A program made the translations under genes and the position numbers. Below are positions 38,522 to 47,037 of a stretch of DNA of 64,000 nucleotides, in pieces. The stretch's first letter is position 1. Every line of letters begins with the position of its first letter. Source of the DNA: an uncultured Verrucomicrobiae bacterium (lineage in GTDB: Bacteria; Verrucomicrobiota; Verrucomicrobiia; Limisphaerales; Palsa-1400); contig CAWGST010000001.1 of assembly GCA_963825315.1 (NCBI GenBank), forward strand, positions 270,556-334,555, written 5' to 3'. The notes below the pieces were generated by a model. The model did not search any database, was not told the DNA's origin, and saw nothing but the letters and a program-made list of their open reading frames with translations.

Positions 38522-38644
38522 AACCACGGATGAACACAGATAGACACGGATTGGGAACAGCTTGCGAGGATAGGCGATTTCACCCAAAAGGTGATGCTCT
38601 CCAATGGCATTTTTATCCGTGTTCATCCGTGTCCATCCGTGGTT
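38522..38644. repeat. REP-like inverted repeat: two ~30-nt arms, each built of three CACGGATG-type decamers
   Basis: The left arm aaccacggatgaacacagatagacacggat (38522-38551) faces atccgtgttcatccgtgtccatccgtggtt (38615-38644). About 25 of 30 positions are complementary. It lies just upstream of the folC start. Confidence 0.8.
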
Positions 38645-38671
38645 TGTCTTCCCTCAACTGCCGTTTTTAGG

Positions 38672-40069
38672 ATGAATTACAGCGAAGCCATCCATTTTCT
38701 ATACCAGTTGCGGCTTTTTGGGCTGAGGTTCGGGTTGGAGAAGACGCGCCATTTGGCCGAGCTGGCCGGCCAGCCACAGGACAAACTCCGCTTCATCCAC
38801 GTCGCGGGCACCAACGGCAAAGGGTCCACTTGCGCGATGCTGGAAAACATTTATCGCGCGGCGGGATTGCGCGTCGGTTTGTTTACTTCGCCGCACCTGG
38901 TCTCTTTTGCGGAACGCATCCAGGTGAACCGAAAGTGGATCGCGCCGGAGGACGTGGCGCGGCTGGTGGAGGAGATGAGGAACGCGGCTGCTTTTTCCGG
39001 CGGCGGGGAGGTCTGCCCCACTTTTTTCGAGGTCGTCACGGTGCTGGCGTTGAAATACTTTGCGGAGCAACGGTGCGACCTGGTGGTTTGGGAAACCGGC
39101 CTGGGCGGAAGGCTGGACGCAACCAATATTGTTGCCCCGCTGGCCAGTGTCATCACCAACGTGCAGTTGGACCATCAGCAGTGGCTCGGCAACACCCTGC
39201 CGGAAATCGCCCGCGAAAAAGCGGGGATTATCAAGGACACTGTTCCAATTATCACCGGCACGGAGGACGCGGAGGCCTTGCAGGTGATTGCCGAAACGGC
39301 TCGAAAACATCACGCCCCGCTCAGTGTTGTGACGCCGTCCGACGGGCGGGCGATGGCCCGCTACGAAATCGCGCTGGCGGGGGAGCATCAACGGATGAAC
39401 GCGGCCGTGGCGGTGAGGACGGCGCAAATTCTCGACGGGCAGATTCCGGTTCCTGAAACGGCCCTGCGCCGCGGATTGAAGGAAACGCAGTGGGCCGGGC
39501 GATGCCAGATCATCCAGCGCGGCAACGGGCAAACCGTGTTGCTGGATGGCGCCCATAATCCAGCCGGGGCGCAAGCGCTGGCCGGCGCGTGGCAACGCCA
39601 ATTCGCCGCGAAAAATGGCGCGCTGATTTTGGGCATGATGCGGGACAAGGACGGCGGGGCCATCTGCAAGATTCTGGCGCCGTTGGCGCGGCGGATATTC
39701 CTCGCGCCCATTGGGAGCGAACGCAGCGCAGACCCGCGGTTGCTGGCGGACCCTTGCCGCCGGGCAAATCCAACCGCGCCAATCACCGTTTGCCGGAACC
39801 TGGCCGAAGCCTTCACCAAAGCCGGGGCCGAACCATTTGTGGTGGTGACCGGGTCGCTTTACTTTGTCGGCGAAGCGCTGGAATGGCTCGGCGTGGTCCC
39901 TCCCTCGCGGGAGCGCGCGCTCAACGAATATGGCGGGGCGCCCGCCGGCGATTCGTCCATTGGCGCGGTGACGTTCGGCGTGGAAGACACGTTGAACGAA
40001 CTGGCCGTCCGTCCGGCGGAGAATAAGACGCCTTTGGCAGGCGCCCAAGCCGAGGCTCAAGGCTTTTAA
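38672..40069 (+). CDS. folC: Bifunctional folylpolyglutamate synthase / dihydrofolate synthase
   Basis: The in-frame ATG at 38672 gives MNYSEAIHFLYQL. Has the P-loop HVAGTNGKGST and a Mur-ligase-type middle and C-terminal domains. The ORF-track start at 38591 runs through the inverted repeat. Confidence 0.85.
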   Translation: MNYSEAIHFLYQLRLFGLRFGLEKTRHLAELAGQPQDKLRFIHVAGTNGKGSTCAMLENIYRAAGLRVGLFTSPHLVSFAERIQVNRKWIAPEDVARLVEEMRNAAAFSGGGEVCPTFFEVVTVLALKYFAEQRCDLVVWETGLGGRLDATNIVAPLASVITNVQLDHQQWLGNTLPEIAREKAGIIKDTVPIITGTEDAEALQVIAETARKHHAPLSVVTPSDGRAMARYEIALAGEHQRMNAAVAVRTAQILDGQIPVPETALRRGLKETQWAGRCQIIQRGNGQTVLLDGAHNPAGAQALAGAWQRQFAAKNGALILGMMRDKDGGAICKILAPLARRIFLAPIGSERSADPRLLADPCRRANPTAPITVCRNLAEAFTKAGAEPFVVVTGSLYFVGEALEWLGVVPPSRERALNEYGGAPAGDSSIGAVTFGVEDTLNELAVRPAENKTPLAGAQAEAQGF

Positions 40070-40138
40070 TTCATTTGACCCCGGCGGCGGCAGTCATTAG
40101 CCTTTCTCAAAGATATGGAATCAGGAATAGCTTAATTA

Positions 40139-40843
40139 ATGATCAGCTTTTTTCGTAATTTATTTTGTTCCTCCTTGGGCAAAAAATACCTTATGGCGGG
40201 CACGGGTCTGCTGATGATTCTCTTTGTCATCGGCCACATGGCGGGCAATTTGCAAATTTTCCTCGGCCCCGAGGCGATCAACCGCTACGGCCATTTTCTC
40301 CAGTCCAACGTGGAGATTCTCTGGCCGGTGCGCATCGCGCTCATTGCGATCATACTTCTCCACATCTGGTCCGCCACGAAACTGACCTTGGAGAATCGGG
40401 CGGCGCGTCCGGTCGCCTACCAACAGTGGGAGCCGACCGCGGCCAGCTACGCTTCGCGCACCATGATGGTCAGCGGAGTCATTGTGGCCGTGTTCATCGT
40501 CTATCATCTGCTCCATTACACGGCCATGGTGCAGGCGGTGAATCTGACGGGGAAAGACTTCAACGCCAAACCGGAGTTTTTCGATGGGGAGGGGCGGCAC
40601 GACATTTACAAAATGATGGTGGTGGGGTTCAGCCAGCCGTGGGTCTGCCTGTTCTATATTGTCGGAGTGGGGCTGCTGTGCCTGCATTTGAGCCACGGGG
40701 CCAGCGCCATGTGGCAATCGCTGGGCTGGAAGAAACGCCCTTATGGCCCGTGCCTGGACCGCATGGCCATATGCGGCGCCGGCTTGATTTTTCTGGGCTA
40801 TATTGTCATTCCAATTTCGATTTGGCTGAAGTGGATCCAATGA
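40139..40843 (+). CDS. sdhC: Succinate dehydrogenase/fumarate reductase cytochrome b subunit (b558 type)
   Basis: 234-aa, 5-TM protein with conserved His residues (GHMAGNL, LLHIW, YHLLHY, HLSHG). It lies immediately upstream of sdhA, with an ATGA overlap. Confidence 0.8.
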   Translation: MISFFRNLFCSSLGKKYLMAGTGLLMILFVIGHMAGNLQIFLGPEAINRYGHFLQSNVEILWPVRIALIAIILLHIWSATKLTLENRAARPVAYQQWEPTAASYASRTMMVSGVIVAVFIVYHLLHYTAMVQAVNLTGKDFNAKPEFFDGEGRHDIYKMMVVGFSQPWVCLFYIVGVGLLCLHLSHGASAMWQSLGWKKRPYGPCLDRMAICGAGLIFLGYIVIPISIWLKWIQ

Positions 40844-42753
40844 AACTCGATTCCAAAATTCCGACCGGACCACTGGAGCAAAAGTGGGATCAACACAGGT
40901 TCGCCATGAAGCTGGTCAATCCGGCCAACAAGCGAAAATACGACGTCATCGTCGTCGGGACCGGATTGGCCGGGGCGTCGGCGGCGGCGAGCCTGGCGGA
41001 GCTGGGCTACAACGTGAAGGCCTTTTGTTACCAGGACAGCCCGCGCCGCGCCCACAGCATCGCGGCGCAGGGGGGAATCAACGCGGCCAAGAATTATCAG
41101 AACGACGGCGACAGCGTGCGGCGGCTGTTCTACGACACGATCAAGGGCGGGGATTTCCGGGCGCGGGAAGCCAATGTCTATCGGCTGGCGCAGGTCAGCG
41201 TCAACATCATTGATCAATGCGTGGCCCAGGGGGTGCCCTTCGCCCGGGAATACGGAGGGCTACTGGCCAACCGGTCGTTCGGCGGCGCGCAAGTCTCCCG
41301 CACCTTTTACGCGCGGGGGCAGACCGGACAGCAATTGTTGCTGGGCGCTTACCAGGCCCTGTGCCGGCAAATCGGCAAAGGCAACATCAAAATGTTTCCG
41401 CGCACCGAAATGCTCGACCTCGTGGCCATCAACGGCCACGCCAGGGGCATCATCGTGCGCGACCTGGTCAGCGGAGAAATTTCGGCCCACGCGGCGGATG
41501 CGGTCGTGCTGGCGACGGGCGGTTACAGCAATGTTTTTTACCTGTCCACCAACGCCAAGGGCTGCAATGCCACCGCCATCTGGCGGGCTTACAAAAAAGG
41601 GGCGGCCATGGCCAATCCTTGTTACACCCAGATTCATCCGACGTGCATCCCGGTCGGCGGAGATTACCAATCCAAACTGACTTTGATGTCCGAATCGCTG
41701 CGCAACGACGGGCGCGTCTGGGTGCCCAAAAAGAAGGGAGACACCCGGCCGGCGCGCGACATACCGGAGGAGGAACGGGACTATTATTTGGAACGGAAAT
41801 ATCCGAGCTTCGGCAACCTGGCCCCGCGCGACATCTCCTCGCGCGCGGCCAAAGAGGTGTGCGACGACGGGCGCGGCGTGGGGCCGGGCGGGCGCGGCGT
41901 TTATCTGGATTTTGCGGACGCGATCCGCAGGATCGGGGTGGCGGAGGTGCGCGAGCGCTACGGAAATCTTTTTGACATGTATGAAAAGATCACGGGCGAA
42001 AACGCCTACCATGCCCCCATGCGCATTTATCCCGCCGCCCATTACGCCATGGGCGGGTTGTGGGTGGATTACAATTTGATGAGCACCATTCCGGGAATGT
42101 TTGTGCTGGGCGAGGCCAATTTTTCCGATCACGGCGCCAACCGCCTCGGGGCCAGCGCCCTCATGCAGGGATTGGCCGACGGCTATTTTATTCTGCCTTA
42201 CACCATCGGCGATTATTTCGCCGCGGCTAGACAGCCCAAGGCCCGCGCCGACCAGCCCGAATTCAAAAAGGCGATGAGCGACGTCGCCGCGCTGACCCAA
42301 AAGCTGCTCGACATCAACGGCAAGCGCACGGTCAACTCGTTTCACAAAGAGCTGGGGGCCATGCTTTGGGAGAAATGCGGCATGGCCCGGAACGAAAAGG
42401 GATTGACGGAACTGCTGCAACAAATTCCGGCGTTGCGGGAGGAATTTTGGAAAAACGTCAAAGTGGCCGGCCAAAATGAAGAGTTGAACCAGAACCTCGA
42501 ACACGCCGGGCGCGTGGCGGATTTTCTGGAATTCGCCGAACTGCTTTGCCTGGACGCCTTGCAACGGCGGGAATCGTGCGGCGGCCATTTTCGCACGGAA
42601 TTTCAAACCGAAGACGGCGAGGCGAAGCGGGATGATGAGAATTTCGCCTACGTGGCCGCCTGGGAATACGCCGGGCCGGGCCGGCCGCCGGTCTTGAACA
42701 AGGAACCGCTGGTCTATGAAAACGTCCACATGAGCACACGAAGTTACAAGTGA
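40840..42753 (+). CDS. sdhA: Succinate dehydrogenase/fumarate reductase flavoprotein subunit
   Basis: The in-frame ATG at 40840 gives [10 protein letters not shown]...[16 protein letters not shown] (FAD fold). [17 protein letters not shown] contains the covalent-FAD His context. The 40165 start in the ORF track is an artefactual extension across sdhC. Confidence 0.9.
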   Translation: MKLDSKIPTGPLEQKWDQHRFAMKLVNPANKRKYDVIVVGTGLAGASAAASLAELGYNVKAFCYQDSPRRAHSIAAQGGINAAKNYQNDGDSVRRLFYDTIKGGDFRAREANVYRLAQVSVNIIDQCVAQGVPFAREYGGLLANRSFGGAQVSRTFYARGQTGQQLLLGAYQALCRQIGKGNIKMFPRTEMLDLVAINGHARGIIVRDLVSGEISAHAADAVVLATGGYSNVFYLSTNAKGCNATAIWRAYKKGAAMANPCYTQIHPTCIPVGGDYQSKLTLMSESLRNDGRVWVPKKKGDTRPARDIPEEERDYYLERKYPSFGNLAPRDISSRAAKEVCDDGRGVGPGGRGVYLDFADAIRRIGVAEVRERYGNLFDMYEKITGENAYHAPMRIYPAAHYAMGGLWVDYNLMSTIPGMFVLGEANFSDHGANRLGASALMQGLADGYFILPYTIGDYFAAARQPKARADQPEFKKAMSDVAALTQKLLDINGKRTVNSFHKELGAMLWEKCGMARNEKGLTELLQQIPALREEFWKNVKVAGQNEELNQNLEHAGRVADFLEFAELLCLDALQRRESCGGHFRTEFQTEDGEAKRDDENFAYVAAWEYAGPGRPPVLNKEPLVYENVHMSTRSYK

Positions 42754-42760
42754 GCCTGAA

Positions 42761-43531
42761 ATGAATCTTACCTTGAAAGTTTGGCGGCAAAAGGATGCCA
42801 GGAGCGAAGGCAGGCTCGTCAGCCACGAAGCCAGGGATGTCCTGGCGGACATGTCCTTTCTGGAAATGCTCGATGTCGTCAATGAAAAGCTCATCGCCGC
42901 GGGCCAGGAACCGATTGCGTTCGATTCCGATTGCCGGGAAGGCATCTGCGGCACTTGCTCCATGGTCATCAACGGGCGGGCGCACGGAGGTCAACGCGGC
43001 ACCACGGTTTGCCAGTTGCACATGCGCCATTTCAACGATGGCGACACGATTGTCATCGAACCCTGGCGGGCGCGGCCATTCCCGGTGCTCAAAGATTTGG
43101 TCACCGACCGCAGCGCGTTCGACCGGATCATCCAGGCGGGCGGATTCGTCTCGGTCAACACCGGCGGGACGCCGGACGCCAATGGCCTGCCCATCGCCAA
43201 GACGGACGCGGACACGGCGATGGACGCGGCGGCCTGCATCGGCTGCGGGGCCTGCGTGGCGGTGTGCAAGAACGCCTCGGCCATGCTGTTCGTCTCGGCC
43301 AAGGTTTCCCATCTGGCCGCATTGCCGCAGGGCAAACCGGAACGCGAACAGCGGGTGCTCAACATGGTGCGGACCATGGACGAGGCGGGCTTCGGGGCCT
43401 GCACGGTGACAGGCTCGTGCGAGGCGGTGTGCCCGAAGGAAATTAGTCTTGACTTCATTGCCCGCATGAACCGCGAATACGGCAAGGCCATCCTGAAAAA
43501 TTCGCCTCCGGCCAAAAGCGGCGGCGACTAG
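42761..43531 (+). CDS. sdhB: Succinate dehydrogenase/fumarate reductase iron-sulfur subunit
   Basis: Cys clusters [26 protein letters not shown] and [12 protein letters not shown]. Confidence 0.9.
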   Translation: MNLTLKVWRQKDARSEGRLVSHEARDVLADMSFLEMLDVVNEKLIAAGQEPIAFDSDCREGICGTCSMVINGRAHGGQRGTTVCQLHMRHFNDGDTIVIEPWRARPFPVLKDLVTDRSAFDRIIQAGGFVSVNTGGTPDANGLPIAKTDADTAMDAAACIGCGACVAVCKNASAMLFVSAKVSHLAALPQGKPEREQRVLNMVRTMDEAGFGACTVTGSCEAVCPKEISLDFIARMNREYGKAILKNSPPAKSGGD

Positions 43532-43540
43532 GAGTTTTTC

Positions 43541-44401
43541 TTGAAGATCGTCACCGATCCCCGCTGCACCGAATATTCCGCGCCGGGCCATCCCGAACGG
43601 CCGGAACGGATCAGCCGCACCGTCGCAGCGCTCAAGGCGCAGGGCAAGCTGAAATTGACCTGGACTGAGCCGGCGCCCGTCGAGGACGCTGTCATTCTGC
43701 GCGCGCACACCGCGCAACATCTCGCACAGCTTCAGACGCCCTTCGACTTCGACGCCGACACCCCGGCTTACCCGGACATCACGGCACAGGCGCGGCGTTC
43801 GGTGGGAGGGGCCTGGCAGGCCCTGCAATCGGCCCGCGCGGGAGAAGCCGCTTTCAGCCTGATGCGCCCGCCCGGCCATCACGCCATGCGGGAGCGGGCC
43901 ATGGGTTTTTGTTACCTCAACTCCATCGCCATCGCCGCGCTCGAAGCCAGGGCCGGCGGGTGCAAACGGGTCGCGGTCTTTGATTTCGATGTGCATCACG
44001 GCAATGGCACGGAAGACATTCTGCTTGACCAACCCGGTTGCGCTTTCATCTCCACCCATCAACACCCGGCCTATCCGGGGACCGGCCTGGAAAACCGCGG
44101 GAGCAATTGTTTTAACTTCCCGGTGCCGCCGGCCGCGCCGCGCCTGGAGTATCGCGCCATTTTATCAAGGGCATTCGAGACGTTGAAAAACTTCCGGCCC
44201 GACATGGTGGCCGTTTCCGCCGGGTTCGACGCCTATCGCGGCGATCCGCTGGCCGATGGAACGCTGGAAGTGGAAGACTTTTATTGGCTGGGCGAAACGA
44301 TTCGCCGGTTGGAGGTTCCGGCCTTCAGTGTTTTGGAAGGCGGCTACAGCACGGCGCTGCCGGACCTTATTTTGGCCTGGTTGTCCGGGGTGAACGGATG
44401 A
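43541..44401 (+). CDS. Histone deacetylase-family (acetoin utilisation/deacetylase-like) protein
   Basis: RPPGHHA, DFDVHHGNGTEDI and EGGY motifs. 286 aa. Confidence 0.8.
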   Translation: MKIVTDPRCTEYSAPGHPERPERISRTVAALKAQGKLKLTWTEPAPVEDAVILRAHTAQHLAQLQTPFDFDADTPAYPDITAQARRSVGGAWQALQSARAGEAAFSLMRPPGHHAMRERAMGFCYLNSIAIAALEARAGGCKRVAVFDFDVHHGNGTEDILLDQPGCAFISTHQHPAYPGTGLENRGSNCFNFPVPPAAPRLEYRAILSRAFETLKNFRPDMVAVSAGFDAYRGDPLADGTLEVEDFYWLGETIRRLEVPAFSVLEGGYSTALPDLILAWLSGVNG

Positions 44402-44955
44402 AAATTCTCGTTGCCATCACGGGAGCCAGCGGCGCGATGTATGCGCAGCGCCTGCTTGACAAGCTCGACCCGCGCCAGCACGAGATCCATGTGGTGTTGA
44501 GCAACTACGCGCAAGTCGTGCTGGCCGGGGAATTGCCCGGCGGCCTGCGCCTGCCCGAGGGCGTCAAGACCCACGGCTTGAAAAGCATGAACGCGCCCTT
44601 CGCCAGCGGCTCCAACCCGCTCGATGCCATGGTCATCATCCCCTGCACGATGGGGACGCTGGGCCGCATCGCGCACGGATTCAGCGAGGACGTTTTGTTA
44701 AGGGCCGCGGACGTCACGCTGAAGGAAGGTAAAAAATTGATCCTGGTGCCGCGCGAAACTCCGTTGAGCCTGGTGCATGTCAAGAATTTCGAATTGCTCC
44801 TGCTCGCCGGGGCCACGATTCTGCCCGCCAATCCGTCCTTTTATCATAACCCAACGACCATCGAGGGCGTCATTGACACGGTGGTGGCCCGGGTGCTGGA
44901 CCATCTGGGCATTCCACAGAATCTCCTCCCGCGCTGGGGGGAAGAACCGGAATGA
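44398..44955 (+). CDS. ubiX: UbiX-family flavin prenyltransferase
   Basis: The in-frame ATG at 44398 (ATGA overlap with the previous gene) gives MKILVAITGASGAMYAQRLL. Also has PCTMGTLGRIAHG and LILVPRETPL. About 185 aa. Confidence 0.85.
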   Translation: MKILVAITGASGAMYAQRLLDKLDPRQHEIHVVLSNYAQVVLAGELPGGLRLPEGVKTHGLKSMNAPFASGSNPLDAMVIIPCTMGTLGRIAHGFSEDVLLRAADVTLKEGKKLILVPRETPLSLVHVKNFELLLLAGATILPANPSFYHNPTTIEGVIDTVVARVLDHLGIPQNLLPRWGEEPE

Positions 44956-44964
44956 GCGCGGAGG

Positions 44965-44990
44965 CCGCCATTTTTTGGGTGGCGGTTTTT
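44965..44990 (+). terminator. Weak terminator-like hairpin after ubiX
   Basis: A ccgcca...tggcgg 6-bp stem with a 9-nt loop, followed by ttttt (44986-44990). Confidence 0.3.
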
Positions 44991-44995
44991 GGCTC

Positions 44996-45019
44996 CTAAT
45001 CTTAATCGTAATCTTAATC
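44996..45019. repeat. Hexamer array (CTAATC/TTAATC/GTAATC) x4, complement orientation of GATTAR
   Basis: ctaatc ttaatc gtaatc ttaatc, read directly. Confidence 0.85.
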
Positions 45020-45077
45020 TCCAAAACGGCGCGAAATCCGTGTTGATTTAGCCATCTTTCCGGGTTAGTTTTTCTGC

Positions 45078-45293
45078 ATGACCGTCGAAGCAATGCGCGA
45101 ATTGCCCCGGAGCGAAAAGCTCAAACTGATGGAGGCGTTGTGGGAGGCATTGAGCCGCCCGGATGACCATTTCGAATCGCCGGCCTGGCATGCAAATGAA
45201 CTGGCAGAAACGGAGCGACGCCTCACAGAAGGCAAAGAGGAAGTGCTGGATTGGGAAACCGCCAAAAAAGCGCTCCGCAGCAGATTTGAATGA
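45078..45293 (+). CDS. Putative addiction-module antitoxin (small acidic helical protein)
   Basis: 71 aa. LPRSEKLKLMEALWEALS...SPAWHANELAETERRL resembles the TIGR02574-type addiction module component. Its stop overlaps the ATG of the ParE-like gene (ATGA). Confidence 0.6.
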   Translation: MTVEAMRELPRSEKLKLMEALWEALSRPDDHFESPAWHANELAETERRLTEGKEEVLDWETAKKALRSRFE

Positions 45294-45592
45294 GAGTGCG
45301 GATACTCACTTTCGCGCTCAACGACTTGGCCAAGGGGCGCGAGTTCTACTAAAAGCAGGCAGAGGGCGTCGGCAGTTATTTTTTTGATTCCCTTTTCTCG
45401 GATATTGATTCGCTCGCTCTGTACGGCGGAATCCATGCCCAAGTGTTTGGGTTCCATCGCTTATTGGCGCGCCGTTTTCCCTACGCGATTTACTATAAGA
45501 GGGACTCCGATGGCGCGGTGGTCGTTTATCGAATTCTGGACTGCAGGCAAGACCCTGCCAAAACCGCCACGGCTTTGAAAACCGGGGAATGA
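45290..45592 (+). pseudogene. ParE/RelE-like toxin gene with an in-frame TAA at codon 21 (45350-45352)
   Basis: One frame reads MRVRILTFALNDLAKGREFY * KQAEGVGSYFFDSLFSDIDSLALYGGIHAQVFGFHRLLARRFPYAIYYKRDSDGAVVVYRILDCRQDPAKTATALKTGE*. The sequence stays protein-like across the stop. Confidence 0.65.
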
Positions 45593-45643
45593 GCAGTTTG
45601 TGTTAGACAGAAATCAATGCCGGCAGCGTCCTGTTTGAAAGAG

Positions 45644-45790
45644 ATGGCATCCGCGCCCAACATCGAACGCCTCTATGACGACCACGCCCCTGCCCTGTTC
45701 GCCTTTCTCCTGAACCTGCTCCGCAACGAAGCGGACACGCAGGACGTTATGCAAGGCGATTGGGTCTGGCAGTATCCCGAGGGGAATTGA
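45644..45790 (+). pseudogene. N-terminal stub of an ECF sigma-70 factor
   Basis: MASAPNIERLYDDHAPALFAFLLNLLRNEADTQDVMQ resembles the start of sigma region 2. The sequence then diverges and stops after 48 aa. Confidence 0.4.
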
Positions 45791-45927
45791 CCCGTTCGTC
45801 CAGGGCAGACGCATCTAAATTCTTGCCACTCATTGCATCAAGGAGGGTATGGCCCGGAGTTCAGGCTGGGGCGATAGAAGACGTTCGATTACTTTTGATT
45901 ATTTTCCCTTGACATAGAGGGCCAATG

Positions 45928-45976
45928 AAATATGCTCCGCCCGCGTTGCGGCTTTTAACGCGGGCGGAGCATATTT
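45928..45976 (+). terminator. Perfect 20-bp hairpin followed by a T-rich tract
   Basis: aaatatgctccgcccgcgtt (45928-45947), loop gcggctttt, then aacgcgggcggagcatattt (45957-45976), followed by tatttg. No obvious intact upstream gene. Confidence 0.5.
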
Positions 45977-46101
45977 TATTTGCAGCAAAGAATTCGTTCC
46001 TGTTGGGTTCTTGCGGCGGATTTCAGATGAGTCTGCTCTGCCGATCGTCTTGACCCGTTCGTCTTGACCGGCCTGCTCTTACAGGCTTGAATCTACGCTT
46101 G

Positions 46102-47037
46102 ATGCAAGCTCTGTTCCAGCAACTGCGAAAATGGTCCGAATTCATCAAATTCCCCCATACCATCTTCGCCTTGCCCTTCGCCCTGGCCTCAATGGCCGTG
46201 GCGGCGCGCGATCATCATGGCTGGCCGGGGTGGAGGATTTTTTTGCTGATCCTGGCGGCGATGGTTTGCGCGCGGACTTGCGCCATGTCGTTTAACCGCA
46301 TCGCCGACCGGGAGTTTGACCGGGCGAACCCCCGGACGGCGTCGCGGCCTTTGCCGGCCGGCCGGATTACGCTGGGGGGCGCGTGGGCGCTTTGCCTGTT
46401 GAGCGCGGCGGGCCTGGTTGCGGCAAGCTATTGGATCAACCCGGTCTGTTTTTACCTTTCGCCGGTCGCGCTTTTTTTTGTCTGCTTCTATTCGTTGACG
46501 AAACGGTTCACGGATTTTACGCATGTCTTCCTCGGCCTGGCGCTGGCGCTGGCGCCGATAGGCGCATGGCTGGCCGTGAAAGGGAATTTCCGCCTGTTCC
46601 CAACGGGCTACGGCTGGCAGACGTTGCAATACAGCGCCGTGCTGCCATTGCTGCTGGCGGGAGCTGTGGTATTCTGGCTGATCGGTTTCGACATCATATA
46701 CGCCTTGCAAGATTACGAGTTTGATCAGAAACAAGGACTGCATTCGCTGGTCGTGCGTTGGGGGGTGAAAAACGCGCTGGCGGCGTCGTTCCTTTCGCAC
46801 ATGATTATGTGGGGCGCGCTGGCGGCGTTTGGGTTTCTGGCCGGGTTCCGGCTGGCTTATTGGGTGGGGCTGGTTTTTATTTTGGGTTGCCTGGTCATGG
46901 AACACTGGCTGGCGCGACGACGCAGTTTGAACTGGATTCATCACGCTTTCTTCCGTCTCAACGCTGTGATCAGCGTCGTGTTTCTGGTTGTGGCCCTGGT
47001 GGAAATTGTGTTTCCATTCCTTCGATTTAAACGGTGA
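46102..47037 (+). CDS. UbiA-family aromatic prenyltransferase (futalosine-pathway MqnP-like)
   Basis: Multi-TM protein with NRIADREFD (a UbiA Asp-rich motif) and a second motif DIIYALQDYEFD. Alternative TTG start at 46087. The stop overlaps the mqnE GTG (GTGA). Confidence 0.75.
   Translation: MQALFQQLRKWSEFIKFPHTIFALPFALASMAVAARDHHGWPGWRIFLLILAAMVCARTCAMSFNRIADREFDRANPRTASRPLPAGRITLGGAWALCLLSAAGLVAASYWINPVCFYLSPVALFFVCFYSLTKRFTDFTHVFLGLALALAPIGAWLAVKGNFRLFPTGYGWQTLQYSAVLPLLLAGAVVFWLIGFDIIYALQDYEFDQKQGLHSLVVRWGVKNALAASFLSHMIMWGALAAFGFLAGFRLAYWVGLVFILGCLVMEHWLARRRSLNWIHHAFFRLNAVISVVFLVVALVEIVFPFLRFKR

Noticed and set aside
37363-38660. tRNA-Leu plus integrase read as an intact prophage or integrative element
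   Set aside because: Only a ~65-codon integrase stub is present. No att duplication of the tRNA 3' end was seen, and there are no phage or conjugation genes. The flanking DNA is fragments and repeats.
38699-40060. 453-aa minus-strand ORF antisense to folC
   Set aside because: It is a shadow ORF with no motifs. folC on the plus strand carries a clear P-loop and Mur-ligase features.
40165-40839. N-terminal 225-aa extension of the sdhA ORF in the track (start 40165)
   Set aside because: The extension overlaps sdhC in another frame and looks non-coding. The ATG at 40840 gives the canonical SdhA N-terminus and an ATGA junction.
41260-44065. 570-aa and 535-aa minus-strand ORFs across sdhA/sdhB/HDAC
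   Set aside because: They are antisense shadow ORFs in GC-rich coding sequence. The plus-strand genes have unambiguous cofactor motifs.
45350-45352. In-frame TAA in the ParE-like gene as programmed readthrough or recoding
   Set aside because: TAA is not a known recoding codon in bacteria (selenocysteine uses UGA with a SECIS element), and no supporting structure is evident. A simple nonsense mutation or a base-call error is more likely.
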